64,000 bases of DNA, taken from NCBI GenBank assembly GCA_020056225.1, contig JAGVIE010000048.1, positions 101,352 to 165,351 on the forward strand, in the 5' to 3' direction. Below, piece after piece: positions 1 to 9,495 of this stretch. Both the position numbers and the translations under genes were made by a program. Each line of letters opens with the position of its first letter. The first letter of the stretch is position 1. The DNA is from Bacteroidota bacterium (GTDB taxonomy: Bacteria; Bacteroidota; Ignavibacteria; UBA10030; SZUA-254). The notes beneath the pieces were generated by a model. That model ran no database searches and was not told where the DNA came from. It saw only the letters and a list, made by a program, of their open reading frames with translations.

Positions 1-1
1 A

Positions 2-463
2 TCGAACGATCATCTATCACCTAAAGATAGCGCACTGCTGCATATTACTTTCGATGCAAAAAAATTTGCCGGACAGGTTGAGAAAATGGTATCGATGGTA
101 ACAAACGATGACTCGAACCGGAGCGTTGAAATACGGTTCACAGCTAATGTTATCAAGATATTTGATGTAAATCCTGAGTATTTCTATGTCCGCGCTGCTA
201 AAAATTCAACTGTTACGCAAAGTCTTACAATAAAAAATGTAGGAACGGAAAAGATAAAGATTTCCTCCGTCGTTTCATCATTAGACATGGTCAAACCAAC
301 TCTCTCGAAAGACATTATCCAGCCGAACGAAGAAATCACGCTTACCGTTTCATTTATTCCGAAATCTCTTGGTACAATAAATGGCAACATCGATCTTAAG
401 ACCAATCATCCGAATGCACAGTTATTGAGTATTCGCTTTTTTGGGGTAACCATCGAGCGATAA
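2..463 (+). CDS. DUF1573-like beta-sandwich repeat protein, 5' end cut by window edge
   Basis: The frame is open from nt 2 (SNDHLSPKDSALLHITFDAKKFAGQVEK...) into the listed 86..463 ORF. Segments such as TQSLTIKNVGTEKIKISSV and EEITLTVSFIPKSLG resemble DUF1573 repeats. Recognised from memory only. Confidence 0.5.
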   Translation, partial: SNDHLSPKDSALLHITFDAKKFAGQVEKMVSMVTNDDSNRSVEIRFTANVIKIFDVNPEYFYVRAAKNSTVTQSLTIKNVGTEKIKISSVVSSLDMVKPTLSKDIIQPNEEITLTVSFIPKSLGTINGNIDLKTNHPNAQLLSIRFFGVTIER

Positions 464-578
464 TATATTTTGAACCGCCGCGCATAAACATGTACGGGGA
501 AACGGAATTGATAAAATAGATTGCAATAAAATAAGCCCGACCTTTTTTCGCCGGGCTTTCTTGTCATATCCACAAATA

Positions 579-1364
579 TTATTTTAGTAAAATCATCTTC
601 CTTGTTTCCATATAATATCCGGCTGTAATTCGGTACATATATACACCCGAAGGCATGCCTTCACCGTTCCATTCAACCGAATGATCTCCGGACTCTTGCG
701 TTTCATTCACTAATGAAGATATTTCTTTTCCATTTGTATCATATATCTTCAAAGTAACAGTTGCTGTGAGTGGAATCGAATAACGAATGGATGTGGCGGG
801 ATTGAATGGGTTTGGATAATTCTGGTCCAATACAAATTTATAGGGTAGATACTTCTGTTCGGCAACTTCTGTCGCGAGTGTAACACGGAGAAATTTATTG
901 GGAGCCCAATTCCATTCTGTGAAACTTCCACCCTTTCCGGTTGCCCATAGTGTATCGTTGCCTGCCGCCGCTGGGGCTGTATAATTGAATTGGTAGGTAG
1001 CAGGTAGAGATGTTTTTGCACTATGAGTCAATTCTGAATTGCTTAACTTGAGATTTGATGAAACAGCAGCCAAAGTACCGCGTGAAGATGCAATATCTAT
1101 TCCCCCATTTGATCCACTACTGCCCGTAACAGTCACGGTAAAACTATATGTCTGTCCAATAATAACGGTATCCGGACCAGTGATACTAACGATGAGTCCC
1201 GATGTAGCCGAGGAGCCGTGACAACTTCCACAGCCCGAAAGAGTTGTTTTTAAAGTCCTGCCAGTCACACCATTCGGATAACTTAGTAAAGACGACGGCT
1301 GGGATATCATTGCGATAATACTGAAAAGAAAAAGCATCTTCCTCAAAATAGAGTTGGAATTCAT
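579..1364 (-). CDS. Secreted protein with a CxxCH motif and a T9SS C-terminal sorting domain
   Basis: N-terminal signal peptide (MLFLFSIIAMISQPSSLLS). CGSCHG (CxxCH) lies close to the mature N-terminus. The C-terminal ~80 aa start LDQNYPNPFNPATSIRYSIP, the Por/T9SS CTD signature. Confidence 0.7.
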   Translation of the reverse strand: MNSNSILRKMLFLFSIIAMISQPSSLLSYPNGVTGRTLKTTLSGCGSCHGSSATSGLIVSITGPDTVIIGQTYSFTVTVTGSSGSNGGIDIASSRGTLAAVSSNLKLSNSELTHSAKTSLPATYQFNYTAPAAAGNDTLWATGKGGSFTEWNWAPNKFLRVTLATEVAEQKYLPYKFVLDQNYPNPFNPATSIRYSIPLTATVTLKIYDTNGKEISSLVNETQESGDHSVEWNGEGMPSGVYMYRITAGYYMETRKMILLK

Positions 1365-1806
1365 AAGAACGATCCTTTCACACTTGATGAATGTTAAGGT
1401 ATAATGATGTTTGTTTATAAAATAGAAAACATCCTTGATTTTACAACGCTCCTGTGATAAATATCTCCTTCCGATACTGATTTTGAGTTATTAATGGATT
1501 TGGATACCACCCTGTACATTTATACGGTATATACAGCATCGGCTTACCCGAACCATATATATTTTGCTCTTTTTTGATTGGAAATCAACACTACATATAA
1601 TCAACCCGGCTAAAATATAAATTATATTTTCAGTTTGCTTTCAAATATTTCTTTATGTATTTTAATCTGATTTCAGCCTTTCAGATATAATTATTGTAAT
1701 AGGCACGATGAAAGATTTAATCGATCCGTGGGGTGCAAAGAAGAATGTCATTAAGCAGAATTAAATACGTAATTCACACAATATAAATTAATATTGGAGA
1801 ACCTCT

Positions 1807-3054
1807 ATGAAATTCAAAATCTACTGTGTTGTTGTAATACTATTGTTATCAGCCGGAACGGCCTTTCCGAATGGCTTGAGCTTAAATAGTATTGGTCCAA
1901 AAGGTTTTGGGATGGGTGGTGCCTTCGTAGGTTTAGCAAATGATTATTCTGCATTGTACTGGAATCCGGCAGGATTAACTCAGATGCAGAAAAACTTTGT
2001 CGGCGTGTTCGCAACAGATATCGTACCGATGGGTACATACAAACTCGCACCTTATAATATCGATACAAAAACCAAAACCAATCATTACATCTCTCCCAAT
2101 TTGATGGGTTATTATCATTGTCAGCTTGTAGAAGGTTTAACTTGGGGACTTGGCGTTTACGTGCCCGCAGGTATAGGTTCTGAGTGGGACGGAACAGATC
2201 TCGCTGCGCTCAGCGGCAATCCGAGTGTTGAATGGATGAGTAAAATCGGTGTTATTAATATCTCCCCCGCCGTAGCGTATAAATTCTCAGACCAATTTTC
2301 AATGGGTATTACGTTAAATATTTTTTACGGCATGTTCGATATGAAACGCCCCGGTGGAGGCGGATATCAATATGATGAAAGTTCTACCGGATTGGGATAT
2401 GGAGTAACAATGGGTACGTTATTTAAACCGAACAGCACATTCAGCATTGGTCTATCGGTTCGAACAAAAATAGACGTAACGATGAGCGGCACCGCGAAAA
2501 ACCCCGCAATGGCTGGAACAGGCGCGACAGAAAGTGATTTCGACAGAGATGTTTCCTGGCCCCTGTGGATCGCCGGCGGTGTAGCTTATAGACCAATGGA
2601 TAATTTGGTAATAACTTTTGACGTGCAGTTCAGTCAGTGGTCTAAGAGCGAAAATGTATTTACTACTAAATTCGATAACGCACGCTGGATGGCTGCCCTC
2701 ACACCTGGCGATAACAACAAATTCATACTACGCTGGAACGATGCTACGCAAGTTCGGCTGGGCGCTTGCTATACAGTCAATGATAATTTAGATTTGCGTG
2801 CCGGCATTTATACCGACCCCGCTCCGGCTCCGGTTGAAACCTACAACATACTATTCCCAAGCATTGACTACACCGGCGTAACAGTAGGCGCGGGTTACAA
2901 GATTGAAAGTTTTGTTATCGATCTTGGTGTAGAATACTTATTTGGCAGGGATAAAGAAGTACAGCTCTTATCACCGCCAATCGATAAAAGAATGCCAGGT
3001 ACACACGGTATGGATATTTTTGCTTGGAGTTTTGGCGTAGGATATGAATTTTAG
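1807..3054 (+). CDS. Outer-membrane transport protein, FadL/TodX (OMPP1) family
   Basis: Signal peptide. N-terminal GFGMGGAFVGLANDYSALYWNPAGL motif and terminal GVGYEF beta-barrel ending. GGAGA ribosome-binding site before the ATG. Confidence 0.75.
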   Translation: MKFKIYCVVVILLLSAGTAFPNGLSLNSIGPKGFGMGGAFVGLANDYSALYWNPAGLTQMQKNFVGVFATDIVPMGTYKLAPYNIDTKTKTNHYISPNLMGYYHCQLVEGLTWGLGVYVPAGIGSEWDGTDLAALSGNPSVEWMSKIGVINISPAVAYKFSDQFSMGITLNIFYGMFDMKRPGGGGYQYDESSTGLGYGVTMGTLFKPNSTFSIGLSVRTKIDVTMSGTAKNPAMAGTGATESDFDRDVSWPLWIAGGVAYRPMDNLVITFDVQFSQWSKSENVFTTKFDNARWMAALTPGDNNKFILRWNDATQVRLGACYTVNDNLDLRAGIYTDPAPAPVETYNILFPSIDYTGVTVGAGYKIESFVIDLGVEYLFGRDKEVQLLSPPIDKRMPGTHGMDIFAWSFGVGYEF

Positions 3055-3098
3055 TTGATTTCCATAATTCAGTAATCATAAGATGAAGATATCTTGAA

Positions 3099-3130
3099 GG
3101 GCAAGCGTAAAGCTTGCCCTTTTTATTTTT
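3099..3130 (+). terminator. Rho-independent terminator after the FadL-like gene
   Basis: GGGCAAGC / GCTTGCCC 8-bp stem (3099-3106 / 3112-3119) followed by a T-run. Confidence 0.8.
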
Positions 3131-3272
3131 TTAGTTAATTTTCAGACAGAACTATTATCCATGATAAATTGTTCAAACATGTATCATTGGGTGAACAAAC
3201 TATTTCATGGAATCATACATTAAAACTTCTCCGCAAATAAATTTACTTTATAAATAAGAAAGGAATATACAA

Positions 3273-3875
3273 ATGAAACAAAATAAAATTCCGGCTATAA
3301 TAACACTTGTATTAGTGTTATTGTTCAGTTCGAATTTGACTCGATCCCAAGAGAACAAACCCGACATGGATCCTGCCATGAAAAAATGGATGGAAGCTTC
3401 TGCCCCGGGCGATGCACACAAGAAACTCAACGACTTGGCAGGCTCATGGGATATCGCAACAACGATGTGGATGGAAGGACCCGATAAGCCACCTGTAACA
3501 TCAAAGGGCACAGCAGAGTTGAAATGGGTGCTCGATGGAAGATTCCTCCAGCACAATATGAACAGCGAAATGATGGGAATGCCGATGAACGGTATCGGTT
3601 TCAACGGCTACGATAATGTCGATAAAAAATATATCATGTTCTGGATTGATAATACCAGCACCGCAATGTTCACAGCCGAGGGCGGTTTCGATAAAACTGG
3701 AACCATTCTGACGATGTACGGTAAAATGGACGATGTAATAACAGGTGAACACGATAAGAATGCGGGTTATGTTATCCGTTTCATTGATAAGGACAAATGG
3801 ATATTCGAATTCCAGGATCCCACCCTGCATCCGAACTCAAAAGTCGGCGAGATGGTATACACCAGAAAGAAATAA
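3273..3875 (+). CDS. DUF1579 domain-containing secreted protein
   Basis: Signal peptide. LAGSWD...KGTAELKWVLDGRFLQ...IMFWIDNTSTAMFTAEG pattern as recalled for DUF1579. Confidence 0.6.
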   Translation: MKQNKIPAIITLVLVLLFSSNLTRSQENKPDMDPAMKKWMEASAPGDAHKKLNDLAGSWDIATTMWMEGPDKPPVTSKGTAELKWVLDGRFLQHNMNSEMMGMPMNGIGFNGYDNVDKKYIMFWIDNTSTAMFTAEGGFDKTGTILTMYGKMDDVITGEHDKNAGYVIRFIDKDKWIFEFQDPTLHPNSKVGEMVYTRKK

Positions 3876-3906
3876 CTGTTACTTGACATAGATTAGTTAG
3901 AGATAA

Positions 3907-3936
3907 AATCCTGACCATGAAGTCGGGATTTTTTGT
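3907..3936 (+). terminator. Rho-independent terminator
   Basis: AATCCTGAC / GTCGGGATT stem (one G-U pair), 6-nt loop, then TTTTTT. Confidence 0.8.
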
Positions 3937-3954
3937 AATTTGGCAAGAAATCCC

Positions 3955-3983
3955 TTGACAAAGGTAATCAATTTGATTATATT
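3955..3983 (+). promoter_or_regulatory. Near-consensus sigma70-type promoter (TTGACA-17-TATATT)
   Basis: TTGACA at 3955-3960, 17-nt spacer, TATATT at 3978-3983. It lies about 250 nt upstream of the next long CDS (4236). Confidence 0.6.
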
Positions 3984-4235
3984 TTCGAAGATAAAAAGAT
4001 ACTACGCAAAGTAGTTGCAGACACACGATACCACATCTTCAGGGAATAAGTTGCGCCGTTCATACACGGTGCAAACCCATTTCATTCACTTAACCCATCA
4101 AAGGAGCGTCTCATGAAACATGGCACAGCTTTCATCGCTAATGTATTCACATAACACACAGTGCTCCGAGGATTTCATTCTCCCGCACAAACACTTTAAC
4201 TAACCGAACCATCATAAAACATAAAAGAGGTAATC

Positions 4236-6242
4236 ATGAAGAAATATTTTTTACCGTTAGTAGTTCTTGTTTTCATTTATACTCTCACATTATGCTCACA
4301 GGAATTAGCAATCCATCATATTAATGTCGGGCAGGCAGATGCAACGCTGATTATTTCACCTACCGGATCAAAAACGTTGATAGATGGAGGGAACACAGGA
4401 AACGGTACCAACATTATTATTCCATACTTATCGTCTCTGGGTATCACATCTCTCAATTATGTTATTTGCTCACATTATCATGCCGACCATTTGGGCGGAC
4501 TTGATGAAATCATCAACGGATTAGGCGCAGCTAATATAGGTGCCGTATACGATAGGGGAAGCGATGCACCGCTTCCAACAACTGTAGCGTTTACCGATTA
4601 TGTAACTGCGGCAAATTCTACAAGCAGAAGATATGCGGTTGCATTAGGTCAGATAATAGATCTTGGCGGCGGTGTTACCATGCAATGTGTCGCCACCGAT
4701 GGCGAAGTTATCAACTATGGCATTGTAGCCGGTGCGACCGGAAGCGAAAATGATTTAAGTATTGGATGGAAGTTAATTTATAATTCGTTCCAGTATTTCA
4801 CCGGCGGCGATTTAGGCGGAGAATCCAGTGCTTATGCAGATAACGAGACGCCGCTTGCTCCACAAGTCGGGGATGTTGACGCATTCAAAATAAATCATCA
4901 TGGTAGTTTGTACAGTACAAACCAAGTATTTGTCAATACATTGCAAGCTGAAGCCGGTATTATTTCTGTTGGAACAAACACTTATGGCCATCCTACACAA
5001 TTGGTTATAGACCGGCTCGCCACCGCAAATTGTTATATGTACCAAACTGCCACCGGTTCAGGAGGAACTATTTCCGCAGGAGATGGTGTCGTGGCTAATA
5101 ATCATGTAATATTAAGAACTTCCGGAACCAGCTATACCGTTTCTTACGGTACAACTACAAACAACTATCCAGGAGACGGCGGCTCATCTGATATCACACC
5201 ACCTGTTATCTCAGCCGTTAACTCTTCATCGGTTGCTACTTCCAGCGCTATCATTACATGGACAACGGATGAACCTGCCAGCTCAGTTGTAGAATATGGC
5301 TTGACCACGTCGTACGGGAGTTCAACGACCGGCGCAAGCGGAGTAACATCTCATACTGTTTCATTGAGCGGTTTGAGTGCGAACAGTGTATATCATTATC
5401 GCGTTATTTCTGCCGATGCAGCAGGTAACACCGCGACTTCGACCGATCACTCGTTCCAGACCGGTGGTACTTTCAGCTATGTGCCAAGCGGGACTGCAAT
5501 TCTGGTTGGAACTCTCAGTACTGGCACGTATTCCAATTTAGCGACAAACAACGCCAGCTATTATGTCGTTAATTCTACCATTACCGGAACGAGGAAAACC
5601 GACTGGTACGGCAATAAGACAATCACTCAAGCGCCAAGTAGTGTATCAAAACTAACGATCACTTACGATGGGAAAAATTCGCGTACTGTCACTCAATCGT
5701 TACACCTTTACAATTGGACTACATCAATATGGACGCAAATAGATTCACGTTCTGTCGGCAGTACAGATGTTACAATAACAAACATACAAACATCTCCGGC
5801 AAATTATATCTCTTCTACCGGTGAAATCCGATTGCGAGTATTATCTACTGGAACGACTAAAAATTTCACATGCTCAGGCGATTTCATGCAATTTACAGTT
5901 GAGACCGCAGGTACAACTCTATCAAAGAATTCGCCGATTACCAAACTGGAAACAATGCCGTCTCAATTTAGTCTGCATCAGAATTATCCCAATCCGTTCA
6001 ATCCTGCTACAACCATTCGCTATGAATTAATGGAAGAAGCGCTTGTAACGGTAATGGTTTACGATATGTTGGGACGAGAAGTAACATCACTCGTGAATAA
6101 AGAGCGGCAACAATCCGGCATCTATGATGTTCATTTCGATGCCAGCTCGCTCTCCAGCGGTGTATATCATTATAGATTGATCGCACAGCCGTTGGCAGGA
6201 AGTACATTTGTCGATACACGCAAATTTATGTTAGTGAAGTAA
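4236..6242 (+). CDS. Secreted MBL-fold metallo-hydrolase (ComEC-like lactamase_B domain) + FN3-like domain + T9SS C-terminal sorting domain
   Basis: Signal peptide. HYHADH (HxHxDH) metal motif. ITWTTDEPASSVVEYGLTTSYGSS FN3/PAP-N-like segment. LHQNYPNPFNPATTIRYEL CTD. Confidence 0.75.
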   Translation: MKKYFLPLVVLVFIYTLTLCSQELAIHHINVGQADATLIISPTGSKTLIDGGNTGNGTNIIIPYLSSLGITSLNYVICSHYHADHLGGLDEIINGLGAANIGAVYDRGSDAPLPTTVAFTDYVTAANSTSRRYAVALGQIIDLGGGVTMQCVATDGEVINYGIVAGATGSENDLSIGWKLIYNSFQYFTGGDLGGESSAYADNETPLAPQVGDVDAFKINHHGSLYSTNQVFVNTLQAEAGIISVGTNTYGHPTQLVIDRLATANCYMYQTATGSGGTISAGDGVVANNHVILRTSGTSYTVSYGTTTNNYPGDGGSSDITPPVISAVNSSSVATSSAIITWTTDEPASSVVEYGLTTSYGSSTTGASGVTSHTVSLSGLSANSVYHYRVISADAAGNTATSTDHSFQTGGTFSYVPSGTAILVGTLSTGTYSNLATNNASYYVVNSTITGTRKTDWYGNKTITQAPSSVSKLTITYDGKNSRTVTQSLHLYNWTTSIWTQIDSRSVGSTDVTITNIQTSPANYISSTGEIRLRVLSTGTTKNFTCSGDFMQFTVETAGTTLSKNSPITKLETMPSQFSLHQNYPNPFNPATTIRYELMEEALVTVMVYDMLGREVTSLVNKERQQSGIYDVHFDASSLSSGVYHYRLIAQPLAGSTFVDTRKFMLVK

Positions 6243-6268
6243 AATTGCAGGAATCTAAAATTATCGAA

Positions 6269-6295
6269 GAAGGGCAAGCATCTTTCTTGCCCTTC
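6269..6295 (+). terminator. Rho-independent terminator (weak T-tail)
   Basis: GAAGGGCAAG / CTTGCCCTTC 10-bp stem with a 7-nt loop directly after the stop codon. Confidence 0.6.
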
Positions 6296-6485
6296 TCCAT
6301 TTATTAGTATCTGCATTTACGCAATATGATATTTAATTAATTCAGCCAGAGTAATGTTCATTCGTGCGTTATCGATCATCCGAGTATATTTGTAATCTCA
6401 TAAAAAAAATGGTATAATTAAATGATTGTAAATCCTGATTGTAAGACATTCTTTTATCTATTCCCCAATTAATGGAGTTTAATAA

Positions 6486-7556
6486 ATGTCTGCGCAAATT
6501 AAAATTGAAACGACAAAACACCCCAAACTAAAACCGGATCAAAAAAATCTTGGCTTCGGTAAATATTTTACCGACCATATGTTTATCATGGATTATTCCG
6601 AAGGAAAGAGCTGGCACGAACCGCGTATCATTCCCTATCAACCTCTGGTGCTCGATCCAGCGACGTCCGTCCTGCATTACGGTCAGGCGATATTCGAGGG
6701 AATGAAAGCGTACCTCTCAACTGATGGGAGGATGCTTCTCTTCCGTCCACGCCGGAATATGGAAAGAATCAATCGCAGCGATGACCGCATGTGTATGCCT
6801 ACAATCGATGTCGACTTCGGTGTCGAGGCAATTAAAACGCTCGTTAAATTAGATAAGGACTGGATACCGACTGTTGTCGGTACATCGCTTTACATCCGCC
6901 CTTTTGTTATCTCGACCGATCCATTCCTCGGAGTACGCGCCTCGAATACATATAAGTTTATAATAATTCTCTCACCTGTCGGAGCGTATTACCCGCAGGG
7001 GATCGCCCCTGTAAATATTTACGTCGAGCCTGAATATGTTCGCGCGGTTCGCGGCGGCACCGGGTTTGCGAAAGCTGCTGGTAATTATGCGGGTGGTATG
7101 AAAGCTCAAACAATAGCCGCCAAGAAAGGTTACGTTCAAGTTCTTTGGCTCGATGGGATAGAGAGAAAATATATCGAAGAAGTAGGAGCGATGAATGTCT
7201 TCTTCAAAGTTAAAGGAGAAGTGATCACACCGGATCTCAGCGGAAGTATTCTGCCGGGTGTTACACGCGAATCCGTAATATTTCTACTCAAACATTGGGG
7301 AATGAAAGTGAGTGAAAGAAAAATCTCGATTCATGAACTATTTGAAGCGTATCAAAAGGGAGAATTAGAAGAAGCATTCGGCACCGGGACTGCCGCCGTT
7401 ATATCTCCCATCGGCGAGTTAAATTGGAACGAGCACCGGATTGTAATCAACAACAACAAAACAGGTGAAGTAGCGCATAAACTTTATGACACACTCACAG
7501 GTATCCAGTACGGCAGATTTAAAGATGAGTTTGGCTGGACGGTTGAAATAAAATAG
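6486..7556 (+). CDS. ilvE: Branched-chain amino acid aminotransferase (class IV PLP enzyme)
   Basis: 356 aa. HYGQAIFEGMKAY, GGTGFAKAAGNYAG, EEVGAMNVFF and LPGVTR motifs are characteristic of IlvE. Confidence 0.9.
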   Translation: MSAQIKIETTKHPKLKPDQKNLGFGKYFTDHMFIMDYSEGKSWHEPRIIPYQPLVLDPATSVLHYGQAIFEGMKAYLSTDGRMLLFRPRRNMERINRSDDRMCMPTIDVDFGVEAIKTLVKLDKDWIPTVVGTSLYIRPFVISTDPFLGVRASNTYKFIIILSPVGAYYPQGIAPVNIYVEPEYVRAVRGGTGFAKAAGNYAGGMKAQTIAAKKGYVQVLWLDGIERKYIEEVGAMNVFFKVKGEVITPDLSGSILPGVTRESVIFLLKHWGMKVSERKISIHELFEAYQKGELEEAFGTGTAAVISPIGELNWNEHRIVINNNKTGEVAHKLYDTLTGIQYGRFKDEFGWTVEIK

Positions 7557-7583
7557 AGTTGTCGCTCCAATCCTAATATTTTA

Positions 7584-7620
7584 AATGGCAGGCGAAAGGG
7601 CTTGCCATTCTTATTTGATT
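7584..7620. terminator. Hairpin terminator between convergent genes
   Basis: AATGGCAGGC / GCTTGCCATT 10-bp stem (one G-U pair) with a GAAAGG loop. Confidence 0.6.
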
Positions 7621-7731
7621 GTATGTTGAATCCATTTCACTATCATAATAAAGTTGGTAAAGATTTATTTTCGACTCCGCAATAAGAGCGGAACTGAATG
7701 ATAGATTCTTTTCCATAAACAAGACAACCTG

Positions 7732-8004
7732 TTAATCTTCAGGAAGACGTTTCCGGAGCCATTCACTTACATGTTCCATACCTTGGCCCGTAAATGGCTG
7801 TGTAAGCGTTACGATGAACAGGTAAGCATTGGAACTGAGAAACGGCATGATCTTATGGAAAATCGTCATAGTCTTTTCATCCGTTTCTATCGCATATGAA
7901 CTTTCAGAAAGTTGAACATGCTTGTATTCTTTAACAAAATTCGGGACGGGGTCAACCATCGGACTCATCTTGCTGTGATCGTAAGTAATTAATAGTACAG
8001 GCAT
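7732..8004 (-). CDS. Hypothetical 90-aa protein (ferredoxin-like beta-alpha-beta pattern; see finding)
   Basis: Intact ORF with no overlap with neighbours. No family recognised with certainty. Confidence 0.4.
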   Translation of the reverse strand: MPVLLITYDHSKMSPMVDPVPNFVKEYKHVQLSESSYAIETDEKTMTIFHKIMPFLSSNAYLFIVTLTQPFTGQGMEHVSEWLRKRLPED

Positions 8005-8257
8005 CTTTATTTCCTTTTCATCATTCTGTTACTTTCCTTAACAACTTCTCTTCATTCTCTTCAACATCGAATCAATTGTACCGAGTTCCCAAAGCGAAAT
8101 ATTTATATTACCGCGTTAAGACATAAGTCACTTTATATACAATAAACAGCATTACTCATTAATTTATAATACTACCGACGCTTCGCCTCACTGTATTTAT
8201 CCACCCTCTCCTCCATCATCCTGCCACCGTCATTCTTCATCAAGTTGCATCACTTGA

Positions 8258-8425
8258 CTATACCTTGGCTGTTAATACTTTCTTCTGATTTTTTCCTAAC
8301 AAGTCTTGGGGGATTTGTTCGATTGGTCGAAGTCCCAATACCCATTTGTCAAACCCTCGTTCTATTTCTTCGATTGGAGGAGAACTTCCCCTCGGGTGTT
8401 TTGCTTGATAATTATTACCCTGCAT
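8258..8425 (-). CDS. Hypothetical small ORF (55 aa), last of three overlapping small ORFs
   Basis: ATG at 8425 overlaps the stop of the preceding ORF by 11 nt. MQGNNYQAKHPRGSSPPIEEIERGFDKWVLGLRP... The ORF track shows a longer 8258..8497 version. Confidence 0.3.
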   Translation of the reverse strand: MQGNNYQAKHPRGSSPPIEEIERGFDKWVLGLRPIEQIPQDLLGKNQKKVLTAKV

Positions 8426-8639
8426 GGTGAAGTATTTCCTTTCCGTGATGTTCACACTTGATTTTCTTTGCATATGCCAACGCTTGTTGCTCATCATTAA
8501 ACCAATCAGTTGAGATCAGCTTTTTAAACCACATCAACTTCTTCCAGCGCTTAACAATCCATGAGCTTGGATCAGAGTAACTGTGAGTAATCGTAATGAA
8601 ACAATCTTGGATATTTGATAATACAGTTGTGTTTTTCAT
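8415..8639 (-). CDS. Hypothetical small protein (74 aa), weak AP2-like DNA-binding resemblance
   Basis: W..R..K..WF...F.DEQQALAYAKKIKCEHHGKE resembles the AP2/phage-integrase-type DNA-binding pattern (W.A.I...LG.F.t.eeAa.AY..aa...hGe). Its start overlaps the upstream ORF stop (ATGA). Confidence 0.35.
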   Translation of the reverse strand: MKNTTVLSNIQDCFITITHSYSDPSSWIVKRWKKLMWFKKLISTDWFNDEQQALAYAKKIKCEHHGKEILHHAG

Positions 8640-8640
8640 T

Positions 8641-8817
8641 GTTTGTAACCTTTCTCTTCGGTTTCAAGGATTTCTAAGAAAATCTTTCTTCGTATTACAA
8701 CATACGATGCTTGCCATCTTTGCCATTCAACTTCGCTCATAATACCCTGCTCTATGACAGACTCTTTATATTGTCTAATTGTATTGCGCTGTTTAAAATT
8801 TGTCTTTTTTGTCATTA
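8641..8817 (-). CDS. Hypothetical small ORF (58 aa, below the ORF-track cutoff)
   Basis: Hand translation: MTKKTNFKQRNTIRQYKESVIEQGIMSEVEWQRWQASYVVIRRKIFLEILETEEKGYKQ*. The stop overlaps the next ATG (caATGA). Confidence 0.3.
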
Positions 8818-9495
8818 ATTATTTTTTAGTTAAGAGAAATGGCATCCGAACGTGCCGTAGAATAGAAAAAGCAGCGTAGATGTATAGAATCAAGGTAGGC
8901 ATACGATCCCGCATTGCGGGACTGTTTTACGTAACGTCCCCCTACGAGCCTATTAGAGCCTTCGCCCTTGTGATGATGGCAAGTACAATGGGCTAATAGT
9001 TACTATATCAATATCAATTTTTTCTACACCAATAGCGAAACATATATCTTATTTATTATTGACATTAGAGCGTTATTCTGATGTTGTGGCACGCGTATAA
9101 TAAACGCCATATGGACATTCACTTGCAGGATAACTCATTGTATTTTGGGATTACGGGATTGACTGCCACTGAGAACTGAAACAAAAATAGCCAGTAAGCA
9201 AAGTAGTTCTATTTGCCATGCTAGTGATTTATACTTACTTTAATAAAAAAGACAGGATTGAGTTAGTTGAGGTTTATTACAAAGGGGATAAGGAGAATGA
9301 GGATAGGAGACGAATCATCAAGCATTATTAATCAGATTACCTGCTTGTGTTTTTGGGACCATAGATAGACCTTCACTTAGAACTAAACTGGTTACCTACT
9401 TGCAATTGAAGAATTTTTAACTTACATTTATTAATCAAATCGTTATTTGCAATAATATTACAAAAATAAACTCAATTTTATATTAGGCACCTAAA

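Noticed and set aside
9080-9110. Sigma-54-like TGGCAC box (ttgTGGCACgcgtaTAATa)
   Set aside because: The downstream element is TAAT rather than TTGC at the required spacing, and no enhancer-binding-protein gene lies nearby.
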